The notes under the pieces are model-generated. The model saw only the letters and a list, made by a program, of their open reading frames with translations, did no database searches and had not been told where the DNA came from. A DNA stretch of 63,993 nt, filler included, from Pelomyxa schiedti (lineage: Eukaryota > Protista > Evosea), in assembly GCA_020536535.1 (NCBI GenBank). It is 17 parts of 17 records of this genome, joined end to end, with 100 filler letters (N's around TTAATTAATTAA, not from the genome) between each part and the next. Parts side by side here need not be neighbours in the genome. Positions count along the whole stretch, not along the records: positions 21,045 to 23,019 come from JAHLWZ010002188.1; positions 23,120 to 35,011 come from JAHLWZ010001230.1; 15 more parts are not named here. One strand, given 5' to 3'. Both the position numbers and the translations under genes were made by a program. This document shows, one piece after another, positions 21,710-34,400 of this stretch (the stretch's first letter is position 1; each line of letters opens with the position of its first letter).

Positions 21710-23000
21710 CCCAGCGTCGGAAAGCACCTACTTGGGAAGTTCGGTCCGATGTTTCCCTTGTACCGACATCGGTCTGCAGCTCGCCGAGGGTGGTGGCAGT
21801 TGCGAAACAGATGTGGGGAAGTCCCCTAAATCGACTGTGGAGAACCGTTTCCCCACCTCCACGGCGTGGTGTGATCAATACACGGCGTGCTGCACACCAT
21901 CGGTCGGTTTCAATGGTTGCTCTACGTCCATGTCGTAAGCCGATCGGTCCACGGCTCGACACTGCGGAACGGCGTTGTTGCACCGAAGCGTGCGACGCGT
22001 TTCCAGCAGCACTGGGGACCGTTTGGCACCGTCTCCACGCTGCTATCTCGTTCCTGACGGTTGCGATCAACCGCTCGCCGATCGGAACGTTTCCGAGTGT
22101 AAACCTGCCTTTGGGCAGTTCCAATCTTGCGCCAGTGACGGCCAGCGCTCAGGCAACAGGTGTTTGGACAGTTTGGAAGTGGATCTGCCAAGAAACGCGC
22201 ATCCTGTGCGACCTTCCCCCATTCCACGCACGCCACACAGGTATCGGCCAGCAGCTCGGCACCAGATGCCGCAGTTGCAAATCCGAGGTGGGGGAGTCTA
22301 ATAAATCGACCATTGGGCACAGTTTCCCCCACCTCACGCGCAGGTGCAAGCTTCTGGTGGACCGCTGCGCGCCGTTGGCCATGTCAAGGGGAGTCGGTCT
22401 ATGTCAATGTCGTAAGCCGATCGGTCAGAAGCTCGGCGCTGCGGCACGGCGTTGTTGCACCGAAGCGTGCAACGCGTTTCCAGCAGCACTGGGGACCGTT
22501 TGGCACCGTCTCCACGCTGCTATCTCGTTCCTGACTGTTGCGATCAACCGTTAGCCGATCGGAACGTTTCCGAGTGTAAACCTGCATGTGGGAAGTTCCA
22601 GTCGTGCGCCAACAATGGCCAACGCTTAGGCAACAGGTGTTTGGACAGTTTGGAAGTGGTTCTGCCGAGAAACACGTCTCCTGTGCAACTTTTCCCCATT
22701 CCACGCACTCCACGCAAGTATCGGCCAGCAGCTCGGCACCAGATGCCGCAGTTGCAAATCCAAGGTGGGGGAGTCTAATAAATCGACCATTGGGCACAGT
22801 TTCCCCCACCACACGCGCAGGTGCAAGCTTCTGGTGGACCGCTGCGCACCGTTGGCCAGGTCAAGGGGGCCAGTCTATGTCCATGTCGTAAGGATATCGG
22901 TGGGATCCTCGGCCCGACGGTGTGGCGTTGTGATTCCAAAGTGTGCACGGTGTTTCCAGTGGCAGTTAGAGTGGTTTGGCACTGTTTTCGCCATGATACA
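21710..23000. repeat. 477-bp tandem repeat, about 2.7 copies, with internal sub-repeats of about 150 bp
   Basis: Near-identical ORF pairs offset by 477 nt (21975/22452; 21922/22399); flanking copies degenerate. Boundaries approximate. Confidence 0.85.
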
Positions 23001-23119
23001 GTTCGTTCGAGGGTTAGGGNNNNNNNNNNNNNNNNNNNNNNNNNNNNNNNNNNNNNNNNNNNNTTAATTAATTAANNNNNNNNNNNNNNNNNNNNNNNNN
23101 NNNNNNNNNNNNNNNNNNN

Positions 23120-25749
23120 GATTCAGTAAACCGACTCAAACCAAAATCGGCAACTTTGACAACAGGTCCTGTGCCGACTAGGCAGTTTCTCAAAGCTAGA
23201 TCTCTTAGTGCCATTAGTTGAAAGCAGGGAGATCAGTGTACCTGTGAACTATTTGTCGTTGTGATAGATAGTTCATTCCTGCCGCTATCATTTTACCAAA
23301 TTCGAGTATGGTACTCTAGATATTTAGTGAGTAATGAACAGCCACACAAACGAGAAAAATGTTTGAGGGAAATAACCATAGTGAGAGATGTGGTTTCTAA
23401 ATAGTGATCGAGGCTACCAAGCTGTGCTAACTTCGTGCTGTCAGTTGAATAAATAAAAAATATAATGCTACTCCAATACCTCGGTAACAATAAATGGACT
23501 TGATAAAACATCAGATCCAAAAATAAGAGGTGTGTCAGGAGTGAAAACACCCAGGAATTGAATCAGATTCGGGTGGCGGAGACCTCTATTACGTGGTAAA
23601 TTGTATGATAGTCTTTAGTGTATTTACTTCAGAACAGAGAACTCTTGCATAAATTCTCTTTCAGTGTTACTTTTTATCATCTTGAGGGCCACTGGTGTAG
23701 TACCTTATATCAAGGTTGATCACAAATTTTTCAAAAAAAAGAAAAAGATTCACCTTGCCATACCCCAGAGTATACTGCACCATGGGCTCCTTGCCCAAGG
23801 ATTGCCGTAGGTACAACGTCCTTCAAGTGCATTTCACTCTCAGTAGTTGTACTAAGAATGACTGGAGGCGTTGATTTTAGAAGTTTTGCTTCTGCCAACA
23901 CTCTTTTTCTGGCTCCCATTTTTAAACCCAGTTCCTGAAAACTGTTAGAATTTACAAAGAGGAGTGAGCTACTTTGAGGTCATCCTCAGTAAGAGAAGGG
24001 AGAGTGGACAGTGATATCTCTTCAGCAATAAATACTTCAGCATATGTTTCAAGGCCAAGAGTACACAACCACTTTTTAATGTCCGAGTTGTTTGCGTCTT
24101 CTGTGACAGTGGGAGATGCTGGAGCAGCAGATACAGTTGAAGTGGTGATAATTTCCACACGGGGTGTTGATACAGAGGGTGGTTTGGTTGGTGTATATTC
24201 AATGTCGTAAGGTGTGTGTGCGCCCTCTGTCTGGTGAGAGGTGACACTTCTTGCATCACTCGTGGTAGTTGAACTAGAGCTACTAGCTGCACTGCCACTG
24301 ACGCCACTAGTGCCACTACAACTGTGATGAATACTAGCTCTAATATGACGAATACGCGAAGAAGGGGAGTGTTTCCCAGGGAGAGGACTACTGTTCGTTG
24401 CGTCAATAATTTTACCTTGAAGCAGGTGAATATAAGACTTCGGAAAACAAGAAATACATGAAAGTATTGCAGGAGCAACTCCTTTCCCACCATAAAACCA
24501 GACTTCATTGCCAACAACAACAGAGGAATGAAAAGAAACAGGGGGACTATCTCCTTTGCGACCCTTATGCCAATGCAGTGACCCTGTGGGCTGTAAATAT
24601 GTCTCAGAAAAAGAAAACAACATACCCAAATCCAGGATATATGCATCAGAGAAATCTGTCTTCCCGTCAGTTCCACCATATATCAAAGCACAGTTAAAAG
24701 CCGGAACGAAAGCTCCTGAACATGCAAATCTTGGAGATGGGGATGATGAAGGGGGTACAGATGTCCACAAATGTGATTCTGGGAAAAATAAGACACAATA
24801 TGTGTGTTGGTTTTGTTTTAAAATTACAAGTTACAATGCAGTCATACGGAAAGAAAACAAATTGGCATCCGCCAAGGGAGAATAGGCTCCGCGACCTCCA
24901 AAGATAAGCAAGTAGGGGTTTTCGTTTACTATTACAATGTCACTCATATGGTTGTGTCGAGCTTCTGGGATTGCTCCAAGCTGTTCAACGGAACTCCATG
25001 TGAGAGTGTCTATTTACAATTAAAAAATGCAACCAAGGCACGCCATTAATTACCAAATGAAAAACAGTTAAGGTCATTACTAGAAAAGCCATTTTCATCG
25101 TATCTTGTAGTGTGTTAATTGCCTCCTAAGTGTGGGAATATACCCTCCAAAGACCCACATATTGCCATTCCACACGACAGCAGTGGAACCATATCTTCTA
25201 AGAAGCCTTTTACCTTTTGCTTCAATAACTTTCCACTCTTTAGTTGCTTTTTTTGGGTTAAACAAAATGTAAATGTGAGATTGAATGCAGCTTACCCAAC
25301 ACAAAACAATGTAGATCTCCTAAGTATCCATTCCCCCCTTTCATTAAATTACAAACGGAGTAAAATGAAGGGCTCTAAATACTCCCAAAAGAAACCCACA
25401 GAGCTCCTCCATACGCCACACAACAGTGCAAGTTACGAGAGCAAAAAGGTGTATCAGGCAATCTTTCCCACATAAGAGTAGCTGATTATACTGAGGAGGG
25501 AAAAAGTGAATAACTGCACACATCTACCTGGGTCACAGACAAAAAACTCCTTCAAGAAAGCACCTCCAACGTTATCCAAATGACCGCAGAGCACATATAT
25601 CTTGCCATCTTCGCCCAGTGTCATAGTGTGCCCTACGTGCCACATAAAACGAGGGGGAAAAAAAATAATAATAATATAAAAACGATGGTGAGGGTACCAT
25701 AACGTGCGAGGGGAAGTGTTGATTTGCAAGTTACAGGTGCCCACTGCAT
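23120..25749 (-). CDS. Kelch-repeat + SAM + tyrosine kinase; 3' partial, many introns
   Basis: Kelch blades (ARYGHTM...GKIYVLCG; [19 protein letters not shown]; PRFACSGAF...LIYGG; [18 protein letters not shown]), SAM ([48 protein letters not shown]), kinase ([53 protein letters not shown]). An alternative ATG lies at 25809. Confidence 0.88.
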
Positions 25750-25976
25750 CCTGAGAGATCTGGAGGAGGACTCATCCCGCAGCAACAACCTCCCTAACGT
25801 AGCCCGCATATTCCCCTTACCCAACTAAATCGTAGGTCTTTGTGTTGCAGCCTCCAGTAAAAGAATTAATTTACTTTAATGGCAGGACGCCCAGATCAAA
25901 ATCGGCCCCACAGAAAAAGAAAAAAAAAACCGATCAAGCGAGGCGGTGGTTATTTCGTGCGAAGGCGAACTCTCCC

Positions 25977-28900
25977 ATGAGCCACAGCGCACAAAAATCG
26001 CCTTCTGCATCTTCTCGTCTTTTAGACGACAATGGAGGAGGAGGAGGGGTGGGGGTAGGAGCAGACCAGGAGGCGATCTCGTACACGAACGCTTCGTCGG
26101 CGTCCGCATCTCGCCGCCTCGTCGTTCCTCACAGCATATCTGCCGCGCCGTCCCCGGCCCCCTCGCCGTCGCCCACTCTCTCCGACACCTCGCCGTTCTC
26201 CGGCGCCTCCGCCGGCGACTCGCGCACGCGGCGCAGCCGGTCCATATCCTCCGTGTTCGACAGCAAGAACAACCGCGACGGCGTCACCTTCGCCTTCCCG
26301 CCCTCGTCCTCGTCGTCTTCTTCTTCCGCCTCGACGTCGCGGCGCCCTTCGTCGTCGTCGTCGATAGCGATGGACAACCCAGCAGCCGACAAGTCCAAGG
26401 CGATGCGCACGGGGGTGTACCACGCGACGGTGTGGTGGGTGTGCGTCACGCTGGTGATCTGCGCGTGCTCCGCGGCGTCGGACTTGTGGCTGTGGAGACT
26501 GACCCCCGTTGTGAGCGGCACAGACCCTCATGCTGGGTTCTCGGAACAGAGGGCTTTTGGCAGGCTCACGGAAATAGCTTGTGGGTTTCCTTCATTCATT
26601 CATTAGTTATCTTTATTATTACTGTTTGTGTGGGTTGATATTGGATCACTTCATTCTGACTTTGGAGTAGCGGCTGGGCCTCGGTGTGTGGGAACTGAAG
26701 CTCTCATTACTGTGTATGGCTACTTGCAGGACCAAATCACGGGAATGATCGCCACCAAACAAAACCAAAATGTTGCAGTAGAGATGAATTTTACGTAAGT
26801 ACCACTGTATGCACCTGTTCCTTGTTATGCACTGAGGAATAAAGATCGTCATTTTACGGAGTTGGACAGAAGGGTGTCATGTATGAGGAGCTCCCTCTAC
26901 TATATGTTAGATTGTTCTCACCTGGTAAGCTACCTTTCTCCCTCCATACTTGTTTACCTTTCCATTTTTCGTTCCAACACCACCAGATTCGGAGGGGTCC
27001 ACTCTTCTCCTATGCACTCACGTTGGTATTTGCTTCAAATCCCCAAAAGAGATTCTCACACATTTATTTCACCACAGATGCGGTTTGCACAGGGTCAGTT
27101 CTGTTAAAGCGTACTAGTCTTTTAATTTCTACAGGCAAGGGGTCTCAGACAATGCATATGCTGTTTCAGAACTCCTAGAAGTAATTTATGTTTTAACAAG
27201 TTCTGAAAATTTGATTCTCAAGTATGCAAAGAAATGAAATAAAAGGCTAACAGAAATCAGATCTCCAATCATTTTTTTGTTCGGTATTGGGGAAATTGGA
27301 TTTCCAGAAAATGGCTCTCTATTGTACCTTCCTTGGGATATGTATGTACCCCTTTTCATTTTTTTCATTTCCCTCTGATCACCATCCAGGAGTTCCGTCA
27401 ATGCATTTATCACTTTCAGTTCCCTGGGAACTGCAGTCCAAATGGCACTTTTTTCACATGTCTACTCCAACAACAAAGAACAATGGATTTTAACATCTAT
27501 AAGGCAGGAAAGATGCCACTCGCTGAAGCTTACAAAGGTGCACCACACTCTTTGTCTGTTCCTTTCTTTGATGATTTGTTTCGGTTTGTCACTTTGTATT
27601 TGCAGGAAAACTCACCTTTATATTAGACATGGATTCTTCTTGAGAAAAAATAACCATAGTATTATGTATCCCTTTTCTTTTGCAGGCAATCAACACAAAT
27701 CTCCTCTTGCTAGTATACGACAATCCTGAAATACTGGGAGCCGAGTTTATGCATTTCCTTTCTGCTGATCCCTTTCACACTGCCCTGGATGATTTAGATC
27801 ACGTTGGTATAGGTGCCTTACAATCTGACGGTGACAATACAATGTTTCTCTCTCCATTTGCCAACTGACCTTCTCACCTTCCACTAGGCACCTCTTAAAT
27901 AAACTTGTTATTGCCAACACACTTTCATCCCAGCTTGACCAAAAACTTGCAACAGGAGATTCAGTGATCTGGTCAGGCCCCGGAATGCTGATTGTTTCTC
28001 GCATCAACTCTCTGAGGGTTGTGTGGCTATCATGCATCATAGTGATCCTAATTACTTCCGGTGGCTGCATTCTTTTGGCTCTGGCAAAAGAAACTCTAAC
28101 AACAAAGCATTTATTCCAACTGGGACTTGTGGTTGTGCTTTCGATGCTTTATTCGGGGTTGGGTACCCTCACTGGCCTGGGGCTGTCTGTGCTTCTGGGC
28201 CTATTTCTGGCATTGGGAAATCCTTACTCTTTTTGCAGCAATTATCTGGAGATTTGTCTAATGTTTGGACCCCTCCATAATCCATTTTCCAATCGTTAAT
28301 ATAGGGCCGCCTCTTGCTGTCTTGTTGGGTCATCTCTATTCTCGTTCTTTCTTGAAGAAACTGTTTGGCAACTCAAAAAGAGAGGCAAGATCTCGCAATT
28401 GCTGCCTCTGGATATGCAGATGTGCTGTCTTACTGGTGTAACAATATTGTATGTTCCTTTTACTTTACATCGCAGTCTTATCTGCAAGAGATTAGGTACA
28501 ACCTCTTTTTTGTATTACTACTTGCTGCCGACTTTCGGTTCAGCTCTGTATTTATATATCCGTCACTAGCGGGTCCAATAACCCCAGCACCTATTCAAGA
28601 ATTTGACATTTCCCAGGACCGTTTTGTGTTGCCCTGCAGATTTGTTCAAAGATTTTATTTACCAGAATTACTAAACTAAAACTCCTTCAAGTACGTTACC
28701 TCCTCAACCGTTCTAACTTCTGTTAGTTAAAATGGTATGGTCGGATCTTTAAATCAGTTGTCTGCCAGTGGATTCCCTTCATCACTTTACTGGCTTTTCC
28801 ATTTTTCTTTGGATTTCCTACAATTGTACCTATCCCACAGACTCCTTTTTTTTTGTTCAGTCATTTCAAAGATCTTCGTGCTCTCTGCTATGGGCCCTCA

Positions 28901-30096
28901 GGTAAAACTCTACAAAAGAAACTATCAGTCAATAAAATAAATACAGATGGCAAATTCCCCAGTTTCAGGAAACCTTATTTTATGTACTATAGTCACACTG
29001 CTATTTATGGTCAGATACATGGCTAGCTTCCATTTATTCACACACATCAGGCTTCTGTACAAATTTTTATGCCCTATACACATGGCGGGGCAACCCTAAC
29101 TTGGGGGACGACTAGTTATCACTTTGCAAATTTTGAAAGGTATGCTCTTCGAAATTACTTTGAGTGCTCAATTGTGCCAAGTTATAAAGCATCTCCAGAG
29201 ACGATAACACGCATCCAAGGCTCCAGATCGACGGGATTGTGGGTCGTGTCTGTCTTCTTTGGAGTCCTGGCGTTTTGCTTGTTCATAGCGGCTATGATTT
29301 TACCGGCGTATTCAGAGTACAATCACTTGAAATACTATTCCTCACTGGTTAATAAACCGGCAGATAACGAAACCTATGTGCTCCCCACCAAACAAAAATT
29401 CAAACAACCAACGACAGAAAACAGATCGTAGTTGTGCCGGCCAGTGGAGAGTCTATTTTTGGGGACTACCTGGACTCAGTGGGTTACATTCAAGCAAATT
29501 GTCCTCAGTTTTGGACCACTGTTTCCAAAACTGTTTCATGCTACCCTGCCATACAGCCTGCTGTTCCGGCATCAGAATCCCTTACTGTATGACATCTTAA
29601 TCTTCTACGATTAGTGACTGTGGCAGTATGAGGATATTTATAACACAAACACATCAACCCGAGAGATCAAACTAAACATCAATGGCACGCGATTTCCTTG
29701 GGTCACAATGTACTTTGACCAAGACATCTTTGGAAACATAGCCTTTGATGGAATTCCTACTCTGTAACAAAACCATCCCCAATTAACTTTTTATCTCACC
29801 CCACTGCACTCACCATTCTCCACAGAGATATCACACTACAAGCCAACGAGCCATTGCAGTACTACAGCGGAAACCCCAATCCGCACAATCACACAGTACT
29901 TATCACTCTGCCGTACCACACCTCCTCCCTCATAATCAATGTGCTGTGCCAGTGCCAACAAGTTGACCAGCAACTGAGATTGCTCACGGTGGCAGCACCA
30001 CCCTGGAGTATCATGTGGGGACCTGACTATCAGCCAACTCTGACCCACCTGTTTGCATCCCTTCCACCCCCCAACATCACAGCACCAACAAAGTAA
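25977..30096 (+). CDS. ERMP1: ER metallopeptidase 1-like M28 peptidase with multi-pass TM region; many introns
   Basis: N-terminal TM, FSEQRAFGRL, spliced STLLLCTHVDAVCTGQGVSDNAYAVSELLE, IIFLFG, DFNIY, FHTALDDLDHVGIGALQSDGDN, then several TM helices and a lumenal tail ending at TAA 30094-30096. Confidence 0.8.
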
Positions 30097-30299
30097 ATAA
30101 CACTATCAATTTCACCCCTTAAATCCACTGTTTTGTAGGGAACAGTTGGGTGCGATTTCGTGTGGTTACACATGGCGGCATAAAATAATCAACAGACCGG
30201 AACGCTGTCATTCTCGCCATCGAAAGCAGAAGAGAAAGCCTCCACTCAGCATTGTGTGGTTGGAGTCAGATTGACATCCCTTAGGCTGGTCAGGGCATA

Positions 30300-30990
30300 T
30301 GGAAATGGTTTTACACCTTACAATCCTGTTGAAAACATCCGTAGCCAACAGGGCACACAGGATAAAAGAGTGAAACTGCTGTGACATTGGGAACTGGAAG
30401 GGAGGAAAACACCAAAATCGGGGATGAGGATGCAGATGAACTGAGCCCAGCAAGGGTGTAGACAGCCCCCCTTGCTTTTTGAGGGTGGTGAGGTGCTCTC
30501 CAGGGAGGTGCAGCTTGAGGGGGTGATAAATCGGAAGATCTTGGTCATGCATGGTTTCCGGATGTCTGTTGGGGAGAATACTTCGAATCGGCATTGGTAT
30601 TGGAGGATGTAGATATTGGCAACCCAACACTTTCCGTTGGAGGCCAATAACCTTCGGGATGATGGCTTGAGCTCTCTTGCAGGCTTTGTCGATCGCTGGT
30701 TCAATCGGTGATGTGACCGATGTATACTACTAGGTACTTGTACTTTGTCACAGTGTGCACCGGCCAGGCTATCAATGTTTTGTCCTTGGCTAATGGGGGA
30801 GACCCAGTGGAACATATTGCATAAGATGATGGCCTACAGCTTAGGTAGGGTTTTCCATGCTGCAAAGCTGATGCCATCTGGTCCTGGGGCTGAGTTGGAT
30901 TTGCATGAAAGAATTGCTGCCTCCACGTCATCTGAGGTCAGCATTGGAATTGGGCCTAGTTTCTTCCTGTATTTGCTCAGAAGGGTCTTC
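30300..30990 (-). mobile_element. Decayed non-LTR retrotransposon (LINE) ORF2 remnant with the RT core deleted
   Basis: LTSDDVEAAILSCKSNSAPGPDGISFAAWK (pre-RT motif, 30873-30890), in-frame TAG at 30834, then almost directly VTKYKYLVVY (RT C-terminal YLG-like motif) and KKQGGL (post-RT motif) in shifting frames. Confidence 0.8.
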
Positions 30991-31480
30991 AGGGCCTCTC
31001 TACACAGTCAGCCGACCCACAAGGAATTCCAGAAAGCCCCGGCATCAATACTGAACCTAAAACCGCGGTTCTGTCACACACCACAACAATGGCAGCCAAG
31101 AGTGCCGAGACAAAGATTTCCGCTTTCACAGAAGTGACACCGGTACATGCAACCACCACGGTTCGTGGAAGATTCCAAGAGGCAAAGTCCGTGGAGCCGT
31201 ACATCGAAGGAATTTCCTTGAGAGACCAGATGGTGAGCCTTCTTGCAGGAACTCTTTTTTGGTGCGGACGTGGCTGGTGACTGGGATAGAGGCCCTGCCA
31301 ATGTGAGAGTATTTCGAGGGTGTTTGTGATCAGGTCTGGTTCCTCTGATGATGACCACTTGGGTGATGATGCTGTCGCGGTTGCCCTGTCATCGACGAGC
31401 AGAGCGTACATCATCAAGAGGAAGAATCCATCAGCACCTCACCTTGTCCAAAGTGCCGGGTCTGAAGTCAGGAACTTGTT

Positions 31481-34400
31481 CTACATTGGGTACGGAGCCA
31501 AGGTCTGCGTCACATATGACGTAAGATATGAAATACGTGACGCGAACACGCCATAGGACTGTTTTGTTGCCCTGTAAAGAAGAGACTCTGCAACACGAGG
31601 AAGCTTTCTGAGAGACGTAAGGAGGAGCTGTAACAGTCCGCAGGTTCTAGAAAGCGTCTTCTCAGTCTTCTCTGTGAGACTGAGGTTAAGCAGGCATTGT
31701 GGATTGTAACACTCCATTTCGGGACCTGTTTTCCATTAGATGGTACAAGAAGTATTATCTTCTTTTATAAAGAGTACTCACCAAAGTCGTAGGTATACAG
31801 TGCAATTGTGGCCACATCTTCAGTTGTAAGGAACAGACCCTGGTCAATAACTTCCGTTGGTACCTTTGCTGCAAAGGCTACACAAGTTTCAACGACTTCG
31901 TCTGCTCTTGGTACACCTGCCTGTACTACAGCTTGTAAAAGCGTTGGTGTCTGCCACTGGGGAGGGTAAAACCTGACCCCAAAACGGTTATTCATTCAGC
32001 TGATCAAAGTGCAAAAGAAGGCTACCTCCTAATTGTTGTTTAAGGTTAATACGAAAAAAGAGGACAGGTAATTGCATACGTTCAAGGTCAACTTGAATAG
32101 ATACTGTTCGACAGGACTCGGTGATCCACTGTGCACAGCCAGGTGAAATGTCATTTCCTAAAGTTTCTCTGAGTGAGGATAAACGATTGTTTGTATAATC
32201 AGTACCCGCAAGATTGATGTGTGAAATTGTGAAATTTTCTTGAAGCAACTCATAAATTAACCGTGCTCCATGGTCTTGCAAATAATTTCCTCGGAAATGC
32301 ATTTTCCACAATTAACAGGAGGTATTTAGCAACACTTAATAACCTCGTAGATCCAGCTTTTTAAGACAAGAATTGGATCGTAGTGAGTCGCATATCAGCT
32401 TCATGTCATCAGCGTTGTATTCATTATCTTCACCAAAAAGTTAACTGGAAGAAACGGGAGTGCAAGGATGACGCACTTGACAAGTCTAGTTCACTCAGAC
32501 TGGAAGTTCTCAATATGTCAGCCACCATGGAAGCACCAGAATTCCCCCGCTCTATATTGAGTGATGTCAGAAACCCTGAAAAGAGGGCCAAGCAGATACC
32601 TCCTAAATGACAGGGAGGATAAGTGACGGAAGTGTTCAATGCAAGTGCGGCAGCAATTGCACATTTCCCAAGACCTCCGAAGTGGTTTTCTGCCAAATGT
32701 TCATTTACTTCAGAAATCAGTATGAGATAAAAGCATGCCATTGAGATTAACTTTTGTCAATGTCGAATTGTTTTTAAGTGCTTCACCGAGATCTGACACT
32801 TTATTCACTGCTGGGGTGTGAAAAATGAAGTTAGGGAGTGAGTGTTAGCCTACTTGATAGATCCAACTCTTTAAGTGAAGAATTAACTTGCAGTGCTTCC
32901 ACAATCGCCATTGCACCTGTACTGGAAATTTGGTTTTCTGTTTGATGTCTTAGCCCACTGTGGATTAAACAAGAATACGGCAACGCTATTTTTACCAGAG
33001 AGGTTAAGTGCAGTAAGTGATGTTGACGACTTAAGTGCAAGGGCAATTGGTAGGACACCAGCATCCGAAATTTTGGTTTCTTGAACTCTTGTTTACAAAA
33101 TTTCTTGCATTGACAGATACATACTTGCCAAATTGATTTCGAGTATTGATGTGTTAACTTGCAGAGTTTCACCAATGGAATCTGACCACAAAACCCCTAT
33201 TCCAGTACCTACATTCAAGGGAAAAAAAAGAAATGAAACCTGGGGCATTAAATTTCATACCACACCATCCAAAGAGATGTGGGTGATAGTTTTGTTTCGT
33301 CGTAAAGCCTTTGCTAGAGTCAAGCCAGATGAGTCAATGAAATTATCTGACTTTCATCAGTGTGTTTTCGATGGTGCACATTGTTATTATTATTGACAGA
33401 AGAACTGCTTGCTACCAGACAATTTCAGGTACATGACAGTCTTGTTTGATTTGATGGCACGAGAAATTGCCTTGATACCAGCATCGTGAATATTGTTCCC
33501 TTTTTTAACGGTCATACAAAGAGTGAGAAGATGAGGTGTAAACCAGATAAGTTCAATGCCGTCAAAGTGGTGTTGTACTTTAGCCCTCGAGATAATGCCT
33601 GGGCTCCTGTATCAGATAGGGTATTGTCTTGAAATGCGAAAAAATGAGCAGGAAATAATAATTTGGAATTTGGTGTACATACATGACAGGTCTAGTTCAA
33701 TTAATGATGTCGATTGCTTCAGACAGTTGGCCAGGGCTGAGGCCCCTTGCTCACCTATGGCATTATGCATTGCCTAACAACAATAAAATGTCAGGGGCGA
33801 TGTAACACGACTGACTTACTACACACATGAAATATTGAGCTTCCTGATAGAAGGAGTGGCTTTTAGCAGTTCTGCTATATCTGAAGCGCCACAATCGCCT
33901 ACTTTGGTGGTTGGTGACAGACCGGGCAACGAACCCAGACTAAGGGTCCTGGTTCCCGATAAATTGACATCAGAAATCTGTGTATTTAGATGCAGAGCTT
34001 GAGTAATAACTTGGGTTCCTAGAGCACCAAAAGAATGACCTGCACTTTGGTATTTATAATGATACAGTAATAAAAGTGAAACCTACCAGTTAGGTCCAAT
34101 TTATTAACAGGAACACCGCTGGCAATCACTTCAGAAATTAACTTGGCAGCTGAGATATCAAGTATATTTTCTTGTGTATAAAAGTGTCAAATAAAGAAAT
34201 GAATATTTTTAGTGCTAACTATCATTGGCAGCCAGGGTTGCCAAGGTAGCGAAAGAAACTTCTTGAAGCTGAGCATCTGTCATGAAAGATTTCATTGCAT
34301 CCAAAACACATTTGACACCACCATTGGATAAAACTTGGTTTCTACTCACTAAAATGGATACGTTGAGAGATTTGCGCGATAGTGCAGGAAAAAAAGGGAG

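Noticed and set aside
21538-22554. 338-aa ORF over the 477-bp repeat as a real protein
   Set aside because: No recognisable domain, ORFs of similar length in several frames on both strands, and a stop in the next repeat copy.
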